Shown: one piece after another, positions 50,266 to 63,655 of the stretch
How the letters are laid out: each line of letters starts with the position of its first letter
Position numbering within the stretch: the stretch's first letter is position 1
Assembly (NCBI GenBank): GCA_012026655.1
Contig: JAAILG010000540.1
Coordinates: forward strand, 1-64,000
DNA from: Hydrolagus affinis
Lineage: Eukaryota
Reading direction: 5' to 3'
DNA length: 64,000 nt
Notes under the pieces: model-generated
What the model saw: only the letters and a program-made list of their open reading frames with translations
Databases searched by the model: none
What the model was told of the DNA's origin: nothing
Program-made: the position numbers and the translations under genes

Positions 50266-53200
50266 GGTACCTTTGCGCTTGGCACATTCCTCACTTGGAA
50301 TGGAGATCTTGATATTCACTTAAAATGCTGCAAATGGAGAAAAGCTTGCCCACATCCATCACATTGATTGCCAAACATTTAGCAAAGAATAAATATCTTT
50401 TCGACCAAGATCAAAGTGGGTTTACTTCAATTGAGCTTAAATGACCAGAGTATATCTCCCCACTAATTAATGTTGAACTTGTGGACATCTTGAGAGCATT
50501 CATTGCGGAGGAGGTAATCTGCTGGATGGAGAATGGTACATGGCACGTGAAGTTCTTCTGGGCAAGAAGAAAATTAAATATATTCAAATACAACATTAAT
50601 CAATTTGCTAGCCAATGATTCTGAAAAGCCAACTTTGACACATGTCATTCTTTTGCATCTTGTACATTTAACTTGGTTCAGTATTTGTCTTTGTCTCCCA
50701 GTAGGAATGATCAGTTGTAGAGATGAAAAGCTTCCTACCTCCTTTTTTCGATCAAAATAAAACATTTAAGAACAGTATTAACATTTCTGCAGATCAAGTT
50801 TTAGGTGCTATTGTTGTATCTCACTGTGGGGGGATATAAGGGTTAAGGAGGACCATTAATGTAAGCATTAATTGTCTATAGCAAAAAATGTTTTGAAGTT
50901 GTTGAAATAAGAACTTTCCTGTTAACCAAATCGCTCACAGTCAGAATGTAAGGTATCAATTCTTTGTAAGTCTCTGGAGTGTTGAGTTAGTTAAGGGATC
51001 AGGAAAGGCTAAGAGTTTTTAAAAAAAGTGACGTAGCATGAAAATATTACCCTCTGAATTTTCTTTTCGGTAACTCGTTACATGGTTTATTTTTCTATTA
51101 CTTCACAACGTCTGAGGTTTGTATAAATCTATGGGAGTTAGACGTGAGGCAGCAGACAAGGTCAGAGTGGACCATGCGGGCACCCAAACAACTCGGTGAG
51201 CTTCCACCCAACCAATGGTAACGTAGACACTTCCCTGGGAAAGTATTAACTAAATATTTGGGCCTGTCAGAGTTTTAACATATCCTTAGGTTAAGGAAGA
51301 AAGATTCAAAAGCATGATAAGGGCTTTACAGTAATATTTAGATACACCCCAGAATTGTAAATTGACTTGACACCTTGCCAATGAAAACATAGCTGTTCGG
51401 TGATACCAATTGATGCCATGTTTATACAGCACTTTCTTTGTTTTTTAAACAATCTGCGTAGTGCAGCGAATCAAGGAGATACACTCAGTCCAGTGGATTG
51501 CCAAGGAATTTTCAAGGGGCTGTTGTTTATTAACATGTCAGTCACTCGACCAGTTTTGTGTGTGCATTCAGTTCGACATGCAATGTGATGGACTCCCGAA
51601 TCAGGTGTGTTTTTCTAACATTCCCCCGACCAGTCCAATAAAGGGCAGTCGGATTTGGATAGTCTTAAGCAAGGTGATGGGTTTCCGCATGTGTCAGTCA
51701 CCCGGCTAACTGAGCAGAGATAAAGAGCAGAAAGCATAAATCAGGACTCCACGTTAGCTAATATTGATGTCTGAGTCATTTCATTACTGTAATGTACATA
51801 ATTTTCCAGCCATCACAGTCTAAAGGATTGAAAACATACCATACAGAATTGATCAGGCCAGAGACAAGAGTGTTTTAAGATGCTATAATTCATTATAATG
51901 TGCAGCATTGTGAGGTATTTAAAACTAATGCACACACTATATTCATTTTAGATTCCTTTTCTTTATATCTTTGAAACATTTTTTTAAATGAATTACAAAC
52001 AAAACTTCTATATAAGCCTCATAAACTGAAGTTCATAAAGTTCCTTTCTGATAGTAATTGACCAGCTAATTTTAATTTAAAAAATTCAAATCCGGTGACT
52101 GTAAGATTAGGTTGCGTCTAGTTTTATTACAGTACAGTATTGAGCTGTATTTGCGTACAAAAGGAAGGATTTTTCTGACAAATAAGAGACTACTGTATTT
52201 ACCAACTGAAAAATGTAATACGTGACCAAATTTCTGATGGAAGGTTTCTGCCCACAGCGATAATGATCTAAAGATTTGATTTTATCAGATTGGCTTAAGG
52301 GCACTCAACTCTTAAGTGGTTTATAGCAGATTATCTAATGTGGTGTAATCATGTTGAACTAGATACTTGTTCAAGCCTAAACTCAGCCTGTGATTGTCCT
52401 TGGTCTCTTGCTTTCAGTCAGACTCAAAAGTGAAGCTACTTTGCACGTTTTCACGATGATTTTTTTTTCATCATTGCCCGACTCTATACAATCCAAATTA
52501 AGTGTTGTCCTAAATCCAGATTTGAAATTCAATCCGATACCACCCGGGGGATTTAAAAAAAAATTTGAAGGCCGTTTGCGGTCGACAAGTGACGACTCCA
52601 TTAATCACGATGCTTGAAGCAAGCGTTTGTAACTTCATGTGGAAAGACAGGATCTTTTTACCATCCAGTATTATTGAAAACTGAGTTAGTATTGATAAAC
52701 TACCGATTCCTTAGATTTACACTAGCTCTTGTTTCAATTGTAAACATCACCTTGATGAATTTCATTTGTTTCCAGTTTCTTCTGAACAAAAACCGTGCTC
52801 GTGCTCACAATGAACTGTTTCCACTTTTATATTCCCGTGTTGCAGACCTCAGTCGTAAGGTCAGTCATTTATAGCAGTCTTCTGTTCAAGGTAATATGAA
52901 CCAGAGTTTTAAGAAGGCCCTTGTATATCATCCATTGGTAATGTTAATAAATGGCATTTTATTATTGTGATATCATGGCAGTTGGCCGCTGTATCCTATT
53001 AGTCTGTGTTGTGCTGCAAGCAAAAGAAGGTTTGCACTGTGTCATGGGGCCAGTTTAATCCTTAAAGCTGAGCTAGGTGCCAAGAATCTTTTACGTTAAA
53101 CTGTCAGAGAAGACACAATATAAGGGAGCCATCTAAAATTGTCCTTCAGTGAATATTATAGAAAAGTTGTAAAATTATAGAAATTTTAGTAGATAAGGAG

Positions 53201-56200
53201 GCCATTTGTATCCTCATTCCTAGGCCAATGCCAGCTCCACTTTGCTGCTACCTACGCTGATCCCAATTATCTGATTTCTAAAAATATAAAACATCCTTTT
53301 ATATTTTTAATATCCATAAACTTCTTCTGATAAATAATTGGAAAGTTCAGGGTTGTTTTTGTTATGGGGTGGATGGTGACAGTGGGCTGTTCAGTGTAAC
53401 CAGCTGTTATGCGCTTTCTTTACTATCAATATACAGTAGTCAAAACCTAAATCAGTATTGATGATGTGCGGTTCCCATACGTTTGCAGTGGATCCTATTT
53501 CAATTGCGAATGAGTGGGACAGTTTGCTTGTCGAACATATTCACATTACGCAGCCATATTAATCATACTACAGGAAATTACTTCTGCAAGTATTTTTTTA
53601 AAAATTGCTCCAAACAAGTGCAGCTATATTGTTCATTTCTGTTGTGTTTGGATGCATAGTTTAACAGTCCAATAATTGGTCCCAGTTCCCAAGAGATGAG
53701 TTTCTCCTTTTCAAGCCTATTACCACTGTCCAAAGCAGATACTTAACCACTGGTTGCTTCTACTGTGTGTTTCCAAATACATCTGGGTTTTTTTTTCCCC
53801 CCTCCACCAACCTGAAATTACATGTGGCCACTGTTTTCATAACATCATATTCCCTTCTGATGACAGATTAATGGAGCTGGAAAAACAACAGCTGCTTCTG
53901 CTGTCTGAGGCTTCAGTAAGCTTGTCAAGTCTACTGTCATTTCAGTCACTGAGAAAGCAACTGTTTGGATCGCAAATGTTGTATGCTTATAAATTTGCTT
54001 CTTTTATGCACTGCCTGAGTATCCCCACTCTATTATAAACTAATTGCAACTTATGGCAGATTTGGCACAAACTCAATTCATGTCATAGCAATACATAGAT
54101 GTGAAGGGCTTTTGAAACATCAGTGTGATTTACCTCATGTTACCTATTTTCTTGTAAGAAGACACTAATTCCTGATGTTACACAATCTGTCCTACTTTAT
54201 TGTACATGGTAAAGTGTCAGAAAGCCCTTCCAAAGTTTCTCCAGTGCGTTGGTGAAAAAAATCCAAAGATGATTATTTTACAGTGCAGTATATTGAATTA
54301 CTGAAATGACGTTCTCTATTTTTAATAACTTAACTGTTGCCCACTTGTTTCAATCTTACCTTTGGGACTTTAACATAATCACTGGTAAGACATTTCTACC
54401 CTTCCTGATCTGAGTTATGAATATATTATGACAACAATAATCTGTGTTTTGGTTCATTCTTCTGCTAACAGGTGCCAAATATGACAAGCTGGTATTTTCA
54501 CTTGGCCAATTCTAGTTCCAATATTTGGAGTGTGTCTTTGTTTTTATATTTGCATCCTTGTTATATTGATCTTGGTAGGGAGAGCTTTAGATTGAGAAGG
54601 TTAGGAGGAAAATTCAGCTAAATGTAGCTCTGGCTCAAGTGAGCTGAGGTTTCATTACCTGCCAAAAATATTCTGTTCTGCAAATTGTGTCCCGCCAGTT
54701 TAAAGAAGTGTGGTTAAAGAAGTACTTCTGGACCTTATTTGCAGTAGCTTTTGGTCTTTTTGGTCTGTATTTTAGACATTGCACACTGCACATCACTGCA
54801 TAGGCAGGGTTGTCTTCCTTGCTATTTAAACTGCTCCACGTTCACAAAACGTGAACAAAAAACAAGTGAATTGTATTTCAAAACATGAGTAACTTATTTT
54901 TTGTGATGTGATGAAATTGGTTCGGAGGAAGTTCAAACCTTTATTTTTTTTTGGACACGCATCCAATCAATATGTTGCTGTCTGGTGTTTTGTTTTTAAA
55001 TCTTGCTTTCTTCCCTGCCTGTCCATAGTGGTTTTAATTCTGTTTCTCGATCTTGTTCAATCTTCACTACTTGATCAATCATTCTCACCCGTATGTCACC
55101 ACTTTGATGTTCCTTTTACTTTTTTCTCACAGCTTTCCTTCTATACGTGCCACTGTACTGCAGAAGCTCCTACCACTCCCCGCAACTAACTGCTGAGCAG
55201 CTTCATTCTGTGTCAAGCCATAATAACTTTGGATCGCTCAATTGCTTCTTTCCACAGACAAACCTTTGTACAAAACCCGGACATACCTGTTACAGTACAA
55301 ATGGAGAAGGTGTAGGCAGTTCTTAGAGTAGTCATTATCATTAGTTCATCCTTGCCAAAGCTTCTAAGCTCAAAATGTTTTTTAGATGACATGCCAGAAC
55401 TTCAAGATTGCTTTTCTGCCGCTGTGGGACAAAGGAAATGATTGTAAGATGCTATGTAGACATTTGTAGCTTGATTACTTGTATGAAGTAGTAACCACTG
55501 TACAAGTGATATATATGTAGCTCAAGAAATTATATTTAGTGGGAAACAATGCACTGGTAACTAAACATACAAGCACTTGGCTGAGGGACAAGATTCACAT
55601 TCCTGGTGAATCGTATTTATTTTAAATTTGAATGTGCGGGGAGGAATACTAACTTAAGTTACACGGGCTATTAATAATGGTTGTGCACTTTGCATTCCTT
55701 TTGTATATTTTAAAAGATGTTAAAAAGTAACAAAGGGTACTGAGCAAAACTTGGAAGGTTGGTATAAATAATCATTTCAGCATTAACATCAAAATAGATC
55801 TGACTGTTACATGCAAGATTAAACAGAACTTTTAAAAACCAGACTAAAAACCTTTCAAAGTTGAAGGTTATTTACTAGCCTTTGAAGCCAACTTAAATAT
55901 CACTCAGAGCACATGTTTTGTGTGACGTGATTTTCTAATAGAATTAATAAATGATTAGCTTTACTTTACAAAGAATGAAGCTTACAAAGTTAACGTATCA
56001 AGTCCTTCAGTTGGCACCCCCTTCAATTCCCCAGTACAAGTGGAGTCTCTTATTTCTATTCAATCATATTACTTGATTGTCATTTCAACCACTAGTTTTG
56101 TTTCTCCCCCTCAAGTCCATTGCTGTTTTCAAGAAGTACTTCCCTGGCTCAAAAAACAAGCAATAAACTCTTCCATGCTGCAGATGCCAGTCATGTGCTA

Positions 56201-57465
56201 AATCATCTCATGCCGCTTCCCCTCATATGTCTTTGTGCATTTAGAGAATTTTCTATTCATAATAAAAAATAATTCTAAAGGCAGGAAGACATTTCAAAGC
56301 TCTTCACGGGCTATACTATAAAACAAAGTGACTGTGTGTTTTGCAGGCAAATTTGAAATAGAAGTGTGTTTTGTTTGGCCCCAGTACCCTCGTGTCACTA
56401 AACTGCTCCGAGGAATGCATACGAAGGTAAGAATGGTGCTGGGAGCAAAGTGACAGAAATGGAGAAATGTGGAACAGAAACCCTGATTAATGCTGCACTT
56501 CCTACTTTACTTTGTATTTATGCGTTGAGCTTTCAGGGATCTTAAGTAACCAGATTTTAAATATCATCTTTCCGAAGTATTTCAGGAACGTTTTCCCTCT
56601 TCTAGAGGAAAATATTGTTTGACCAGTATCGTACTCCGCTATACAGGCCAAAAAGATATCACTCCACGCAGCTATTCTTGATATTAGTTGCATTTTATAA
56701 CTGTTTGACATAGCACAAGCCCAGATTCTAATGTTAGAAGAAGGCTCATTTATCTGATAGATAAGTGAAAGTAAAGGGCTGGCTTTCTCATGCGACTTTG
56801 CTAGGTATAAACTAAAGTAGGCCAAGTTATTAACTGCAGTGATAGTTTGAGAATATGAATGCTGACAGATACTGCATGTCAGAACCTTTGAAACATCATG
56901 AGCACTTGATTAAATTGCTGTATTCTAGTTCTGATTATATTCCCCAGATCCCATGATCTATTAGCCGTTGTGCTGCGTTCTTGTGAATCGAAATGATGAA
57001 TTGTGTTTTTTTTAAATTCCATTTCTTTCTTGTTTCCTAATTTTTCATTCTTTCATTTGTTGTCGATGGGAGGGAGGACTTCGGGTAGTATCACATCAGT
57101 TAACTTCTAGTCAAATAGTATTCAAAGTGCATTAATAAAGTGCCTAAGTTACAATGACTCCCACTGGACCCCATAAGCTCATAGTGCTGGATGTATAAAG
57201 CAGCACACTGCATCGGCATATTATTTGTAAGGCATTTGAGGGTTGCAAAATAGGGCTTCCATTATTTGATCTACGTTATGCCTTTTCTCTGGCCAACTGA
57301 AATAACATGAAGTAATATGTTAAAATGTCAAGGGTATAATCATGTTTTAAGTGTTTAAAAGCTATAAAGCTCAATTTAATATGAGCCAGTACAAGACTGT
57401 TTAGTACATTTGCTTTGCAATGAATTAGTAAATGCCAATAATGTATTTTCCCATTAATTTTGCAG

Positions 57466-57593
57466 GATTACACTGCTTGGTTCTGCAAGACTTCAGATCC
57501 AGAACTTCTCTCGCCAAGATGCTGGCCTTTACGCATGTACAATATCGAGTGAATTGGGGACAAATACTGAAACATCATTACTGTTGTATTCAG
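57466..57593 (+). CDS. ADAMTSL3: exon 19: (R)ITLLGSARLQIQNFSRQDAGLYACTISSELGTNTETSLLLYS(E); end of Ig 2
   Basis: tttgcag|G...TCAG|gtcatt; 128 nt, phase 2-1; DxGxYxC motif; follows a 13.4-kb intron. Confidence 0.92.
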
Positions 57594-58154
57594 GTCATTT
57601 GCGACTTAATTTTGTTAAACATTTCCTGGAATATAAATTAAGGTTACAGCAATAATATGTAAAAATCAGAATTTAGGAAATATTTTGAATATTTTGAATC
57701 CAGCGCCTTTGGGACGTCCTCGTGATGTGAAAGAAACTATATAAATGCAATATAGTGCATATATTGCACTATATTGGATATGTTTTATTATGCCAATACA
57801 AATATGCCTATACCTGCACCTATAGTGTTATAAAACATTAATAGAATTAATGATCATCATATTGTCTTTTTAAATTGTGATATCCCCATACTAAAAATAT
57901 CCCAATATTTATTACATGATTACATAAAACATCGGAAGGACGTCCCACTGAATAAGTGCAAGTTATTGTGGTATGTCACAGAGCAAAATATTGTGACTTC
58001 ATAATTTAAAGAGGTGGATTTATGAAATATAATAAATGTTCTTTCTCTTACTCAGTCTTTCTCAATACAAGTAATTCAATTTTCATTTTGTATTAAGGTA
58101 TAATTATCCACCCAGACTATTCATCCATTATTATAATCCATCAAACTTTATTAT

Positions 58155-58300
58155 GATAATTCTTGTATTCGATACCTCATTTAAAACATCAAATGCCTCA
58201 AAATGCTTGACAGAGTTTCTCTGTGAAGTGTAGTGACTGTGTATTTGTTGGTGAATCTTGCAACTATTTTACGCCCAGCAACATCCCGAAAATAACCATG
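58155..58300 (-). mobile_element. degenerate SINE 3' half just upstream of exon 20
   Basis: ATAATTCTTGTATTCGATA...CTCAAAATGCTTGACAGAG...GTGACTGTGTATTTG. Confidence 0.55.
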
Positions 58301-58339
58301 AAATGACTCCATAACTGTAATTTTCCCTTTGGTCTTCAG

Positions 58340-58468
58340 AAATACCTATTATCAGACTCTCCAGAGTAAATATCACAAACCTTTCAACGTGGCATTTATC
58401 TGCAGTTGTTGGCAGTGCTATACTTACTCGACTTCAGGCAACCATCACAATTGAATGCCCAGCAGAAG
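58340..58468 (+). CDS. ADAMTSL3: exon 20: (E)IPIIRLSRVNITNLSTWHLSAVVGSAILTRLQATITIECPAE(G); start of Ig 3
   Basis: tcttcag|AA...GAAG|gtgagt; 129 nt, phase 1-1. Confidence 0.92.
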
Positions 58469-59262
58469 GTGAGTGTGTGTGGGTGGGGAGGGCCTGGGGA
58501 GACAAGTATACAGGTATGTGTAATCTTTTCTGAATTTGCAATTTCTCACCTTAAAGCGCAAGTCATCTTTCGTGAACAATTGAACTATTAGGACAGTTTT
58601 ATTGCTACATATAAATGTATTAGAGTCTTGCAATTTGCCAAGATCCTGATTAATCTGTGGCATTGAAAGTGCAGCACCTTAAGGGAATCTAAAAATCCTT
58701 ATCCTGGACCACTCACGGGACTTTTTTAAGCTTTGACTTCTGTAAAACTAGAGTAACCTGCTCACTTTTCACTCTGACACTGGACTGCTCAAAGAATTTA
58801 TCACACAATGTATCAGTTTCCTGCAGTGCAGGTCTCCCACCGTTCTGCACGCAAATTGCATGTCTGTGGCTTCCACATAAGCACGAGGCATAGAACCCCA
58901 TTGTTTATGTTGTATGATGGAAAAACCGGCTCGTAAAACGCCACTTGTAAGTTATGGCGTTCTTCCGACTTTTTACTGTCTTTGAAAAGGGGAAAATGAT
59001 TTTATTGAAGGCATGTGCTCTTTCTGGATTTGATCAAATATCCAACCACGTGTGGAAGAATGCCCCCAATACTTTATTCAGCTTCTGACTGCTTCTGACC
59101 AGTTCAAATGCTTTGTGGTGGCAGTACGCGTGGCAACCAGAGGGAACATGGAAACAACTGCACATACACTGGGAAGTGCTGTACAGTACAATGATGCTAC
59201 TAAACCCAGTGTTGCTGTCCTGTCAAAGTGACCAAGACACATTCAGGGAGTGTTGTTCAGAG

Positions 59263-60097
59263 AACAACAACAACAACAAAATTGCACTTATGTAGCGCCT
59301 TTCACGTCGGGAGTTTGTCCCAAAGTGCTGAACACTCTGGTCGGGACCCGAGCAGGTTGGTGGGGAGGGTCGGGGGAAGGGGAAGGGGAAGGAGAGAGGG
59401 AGAGGGGGAAGAGTTAGTGGGGCAGCTGAAGGCGCGGTCGAAGAGGAAGGTCTTGACCGGCCTTGAAGGAGGAAAGGGAGGAGGTAAGGCGGAGGGGCTG
59501 CGGGATGGAGTTCCACAGTGTGGGAGCAGAGAGGCTGAAAGCCCGGCCAGCGATTGTTGGGCGGTTAGGGCAGTGGACGCGGAGCAGGCCTGAGTCTGCT
59601 GAACGGAGAGTGCGGGCAGGTTGATAGGGAGACAGTAGGTCAGAGAGATAGGTGGGGGCAAGGCTGTGAATGGCCTTGAAAGTGAGGACAAGGATCTTGA
59701 ATTCAATCCTCTGGGTGACGGGGAGCCAGTAGAGATGGGTGAGGGTGGGTGAGGGTGGTCACGAAGCCTGGTACGGGAGAGTACACGAGCTGCAGAGTTC
59801 TGAATGATCTGCAGCCTGTGAAGGGAGGAACTGGGGAGGCCAACGAGGAGAGAGTTCCCATAGTCGAGCTTGGAAGTGATAAAGACGTGGATGAGAGTTT
59901 TGGCGGCATGGGGAGTGAGGTAGTGGCGGAGTCTGGCAATATTGCGGAGGTGAAGGAAGGTTGTGCTGGTCGTGGAGCAGATGTGGAGAAGGAAGGATAG
60001 CTCGGGGTCGAACAAGACACCCAGATTCCTGATTGGCTTCGAGAGGTGGAGAGAGCAGCCTTGAACGCTTATGTTGTCAGCGCCCGAGCAGGGATGG
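59263..60097 (-). mobile_element. 5'-truncated L2 LINE, best-preserved copy in the window
   Basis: ORF 59302..60105 (-) reads RNLGVLFDPELSF...HLRNIARLRHYL...LIHVFITSKLDYGNSLLVGLP...LQIIQNSAARVL. One frameshift near 59750; C-rich UTR and (TTG)n tail. Confidence 0.92.
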
Positions 60098-61808
60098 AAG
60101 TCCACCTTGAGACCAGTTGACTATTTTCAGAGCTAACCATGTTGCCTCATTTAGAGAAAACACTGCTGTCTTGGGCAAGGTTGGTGGTAATACAGTACTG
60201 TAAACAAAAGGGGCCACAAATAACAACACACCCAAGTAACTGGGTTGGGTACCATAGTTTCTAACTGACTCACAAGGGTAATTCAGCTCGCCATGTGTTG
60301 TTATGTAAACAATATGTTAGACCAGATGCTGGCCTGGCTTGACAAATTATGTCAGGACCTTAATGCTAAATTTAAATGTGTATTGCAATATGGAAACTGT
60401 CACTGTTGTGCCCCTTGTGATAGGATTAATCGGTTCAAAAAGCTGGAAGTGGGGCTTTTTCCAGTCTGGTCAGTGTTTGAATTTCATAACTACTATTTTG
60501 CTGCACGATGGAATCATGAACAAATTTTGCTGCTGTGGAGATACTTTAGATCATCATTAAAATGAGCAGTTTATACTCAAATCGTTTTGGGTTGCGCTGT
60601 CCTTACAGTTAAATGCAGAGGCAAGATTATTTACTTTTCTTCAAGTTGGACAAGCAGACGGGAAAAAAATAAATCAAACTGAGAAATATTTGAGGAGACG
60701 AAATGAGATTGATAGTATTGAGGGTTTAACTCTTATTTATTACATAATCTTATAGAAGTGCATTTGTTTTAATAGGGATTTGCTGAGGTTTGACTCAGTT
60801 ATATATGTTTCATGTGTAATATGAATCAGCTGGAGTTTGATTTTTGAACACGAAGGAATAACAAAAATTACTAGTTAGAAACAAAAATCTTTCAACTATG
60901 TATACAACAGATGTGCACAAATCCAAAATATGTTTTAGTTGAATGGTGACCTTTTACGAAAAAGGCATTGTGATACGCCAAGCGCCTCAATGTGCTACAT
61001 CATAATGTGATACGATTTGTATAATTTGTGTGGCAGCTTTTCAGCTTTTCAGAATTATGTACTGCCGACATCATTAGCAGCTGGAAACTTGTCCCTCTCA
61101 GCGTCAATGAAAATAGAACGAAAAAAATGATTAATGGTTTGCTTTTTGCTGTTAGGCTTCAACCATTTGATTTCTGAGTCAGAATTTACAATTGCAACAG
61201 GTTTAAGATGCTGAGTTTAACATGCTACTCGAGTGAAAAGTAGTCCAATGCAAAACAAGAAGAAACTCTCATGGACAGTTGGTCATTTTGGCAGCAAACA
61301 TTTGAACCCATCTTAATTTCAATCAGTCCTTCATTTACTGCAGACTAACATTCTGGCTCGGTCTTTGCATACATTGTGTTGTGCAGAAAAAATAAATCAA
61401 ACTGAAATCTGCCATAACGAGTACTTTCTTTTGTACCTTTATCGCACAGCCACTGTCCAACTGTTATTGGGAGGAACGTTAAATATAGTCCTAGTCATTA
61501 AACTAATGTTTGTTATAGATCTCTTAACTGTTGGAATGTCTCTGGTTATTTTCACTTCGGGTGCTTTCAATTTTTAGAATTATATTCCCTTTGTCTTGTT
61601 GCAAAAAAGTTATTTAGATCGGGTTTCATTCTGTTAATAAACTATATGAATTACAATGCTATATAGCTGACAGATGAATGTAGTAGAACATATTTGTACT
61701 TATGGATGTAATGGAACGTAGTTAAGAAACTTAGCCAAAAGAAACAGAAAGGCCTACTAATGAAGGTTTATACTTTAATGAGTCTAAAGGTTAATACTTT
61801 TTTGACAG

Positions 61809-61991
61809 GTATGCCTAAACCCAAGATTATATGGCAGAAAAAGGGTGGTTCCTTAGGCAATAATTCCGCTGTCCTTCAGAATGGATCTCTGGTGCTAACA
61901 AATGTGACGCTTGCAAACCGTGGGACCTATTCTTGTATAGCAACAAATTATGTTGGGGAAGCAATCGCATCTTCATTTCTTAAATTTGCCA
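61809..61991 (+). CDS. ADAMTSL3: exon 21: (G)MPKPKIIWQKKGGSLGNNSAVLQNGSLVLTNVTLANRGTYSCIATNYVGEAIASSFLKFA; Ig 3
   Basis: ttgacag|GT...GCCA|gtaagt; 183 nt, phase 1-1. Confidence 0.95.
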
Positions 61992-62166
61992 GTAAGTACC
62001 TTTTAAAAAAAAACTTACATCTTTCACATCACGCATTGCGGTCAGCTCTGCCCTCTCCGCTTCAGCAAGAAATCATTCAGCAAGAGGTTGTAAAGGAGGA
62101 AAGTAGGTGAAAAATGTTTATGAAAATGCTAAAAGGATATTAAATGCTCCAAAACTTTCCTTTAAG

Positions 62167-62286
62167 AGCCAAGAACATTTCCACCATCTGTGGCATCTCG
62201 TCGTGAGAAAGGAAGAAAGCGTGTCTTGATGGCATCCTGGGCTGGTTCCACCGTTACAGTCAAACGTGGTGATGTGTTACGAATAG
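62167..62286 (+). CDS. ADAMTSL3: exon 22: (K)PRTFPPSVASRREKGRKRVLMASWAGSTVTVKRGDVLRI(G); linker and first strands of Ig 4
   Basis: ctttcctttaag|AG...ATAG|gtaggt; 120 nt, phase 1-1, open frame; joins exon 21 to exon 23. Confidence 0.85.
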
Positions 62287-63655
62287 GTAGGTTTCCACTG
62301 AGCTATGTTTCAAAGGGACAATACAATTACTATACATCTGACTGCAGCCAAGCTGTTTTAAAAGTGTAAGGATTGTGTAAAGATGTAAAGATTAATCTTC
62401 TAAATTCATACTGATTGGTTTTAATGTGGATGAGGTTGAGGATTTCTGTGCTGAAATTAATGATTATGATCATGTAACTTCACGGTATATTAATTTGGAC
62501 AGTATCCTCGGAAAATAGGAATGAAAGGCTGGCTTCAGGCAAACACAGCTAATGAGGAAACCAAGGTGGTGGCCTGAAAATCTTTGAACTGTCTTTGTTT
62601 GCTAACATTGTGTTGAAGTCCTGAGATGCAGTGGGCAGCCAGTCTTTAGGAATACTGCGGTTGCCAAAATGTAATATCTCATAACAGATCCTGTCGTACA
62701 TTCCGTAAAGGTGGAATCTGCTGTGGAACATGGCATTTTTGAACTCGACAGGAAATCAACGAGACTTTTCAAACCGATTTTGGAAATGGGGCAACCTCCT
62801 TCCACACAAGAGCGCAGTGAACAGCACTGAAGCTGGCCTCATTAGCCCATCGGCAAAGTGTCCGACACCTGGAAACTCCTCCATTTATTCCGAGCTGTCA
62901 AACTGGAACTGATAATTAGAGGAGTCCCCCTTATTACAGGGGTGAAAAGGTCCACGCACATAAAATGTGCCATTTAAAATGCTGCAGCAGAAGAAAATGC
63001 TTGGTTTTAATTACATCAGAGCAGCAACATCAGCAATCATCATGAGGAAATGTGTGATCTCCGGGTGAGAGCAGGCCCACCACATAAATACTCGGGGGCT
63101 TGTCTGTCTGAGAGCTGATGCATTAGTTTTCCAGCAGTTTGCCTACTCATTAAAAAAAAATCTCTCCCTTCATTAGAGAGGTGTGTGTGTGAGAGTGTGT
63201 GCATATGCATGTATGCTTGCATGGTTAAACTTCGTTTCCATCGTTCTTTCATCACTTTTGCCCCACACACAGTGCTACAGTGTTTTTCTAACAGCAATCA
63301 GTCTCATTAAAATATTACAAATGTCTATGATGTACACGGTATTTTTTTAAACCCGTTATTGCTGCAAGGAGTAGATTGATTCTGTCTCTAATGTTCCATT
63401 TATGATCACCAGGGAGGCACCATGTCTCTTGAGTTTTATGCTGCTCACTTCCAAGTATGCCTCAGGAACAAAAATTAATATGTTATGTTTCTGATTTAAA
63501 ATTCTATTGGAAATAGAGTATTCCGAATCTCTGTTGGTTTTGTAGAGTACTGAATGCACACCCATAATAAAAATATTGTTAATAACAATAAGGAACCTTA
63601 ATGTAATTGTCATTTCACATTGGTCTAAACCTGGTTCTTCATATGTGTTCATTAG

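Noticed and set aside
50271-50557. Exon-like segment on the minus strand (ttcttgcccag acceptor, aag|gtaccc donor), possible nested gene
   Set aside because: Stops in all three frames, no recognisable protein and no partner exons found. A non-coding antisense exon cannot be excluded without RNA data.
59302-60105. 267-aa ORF as a functional protein
   Set aside because: It is a truncated, frameshifted L2 ORF2 fragment lacking the endonuclease and RT core.
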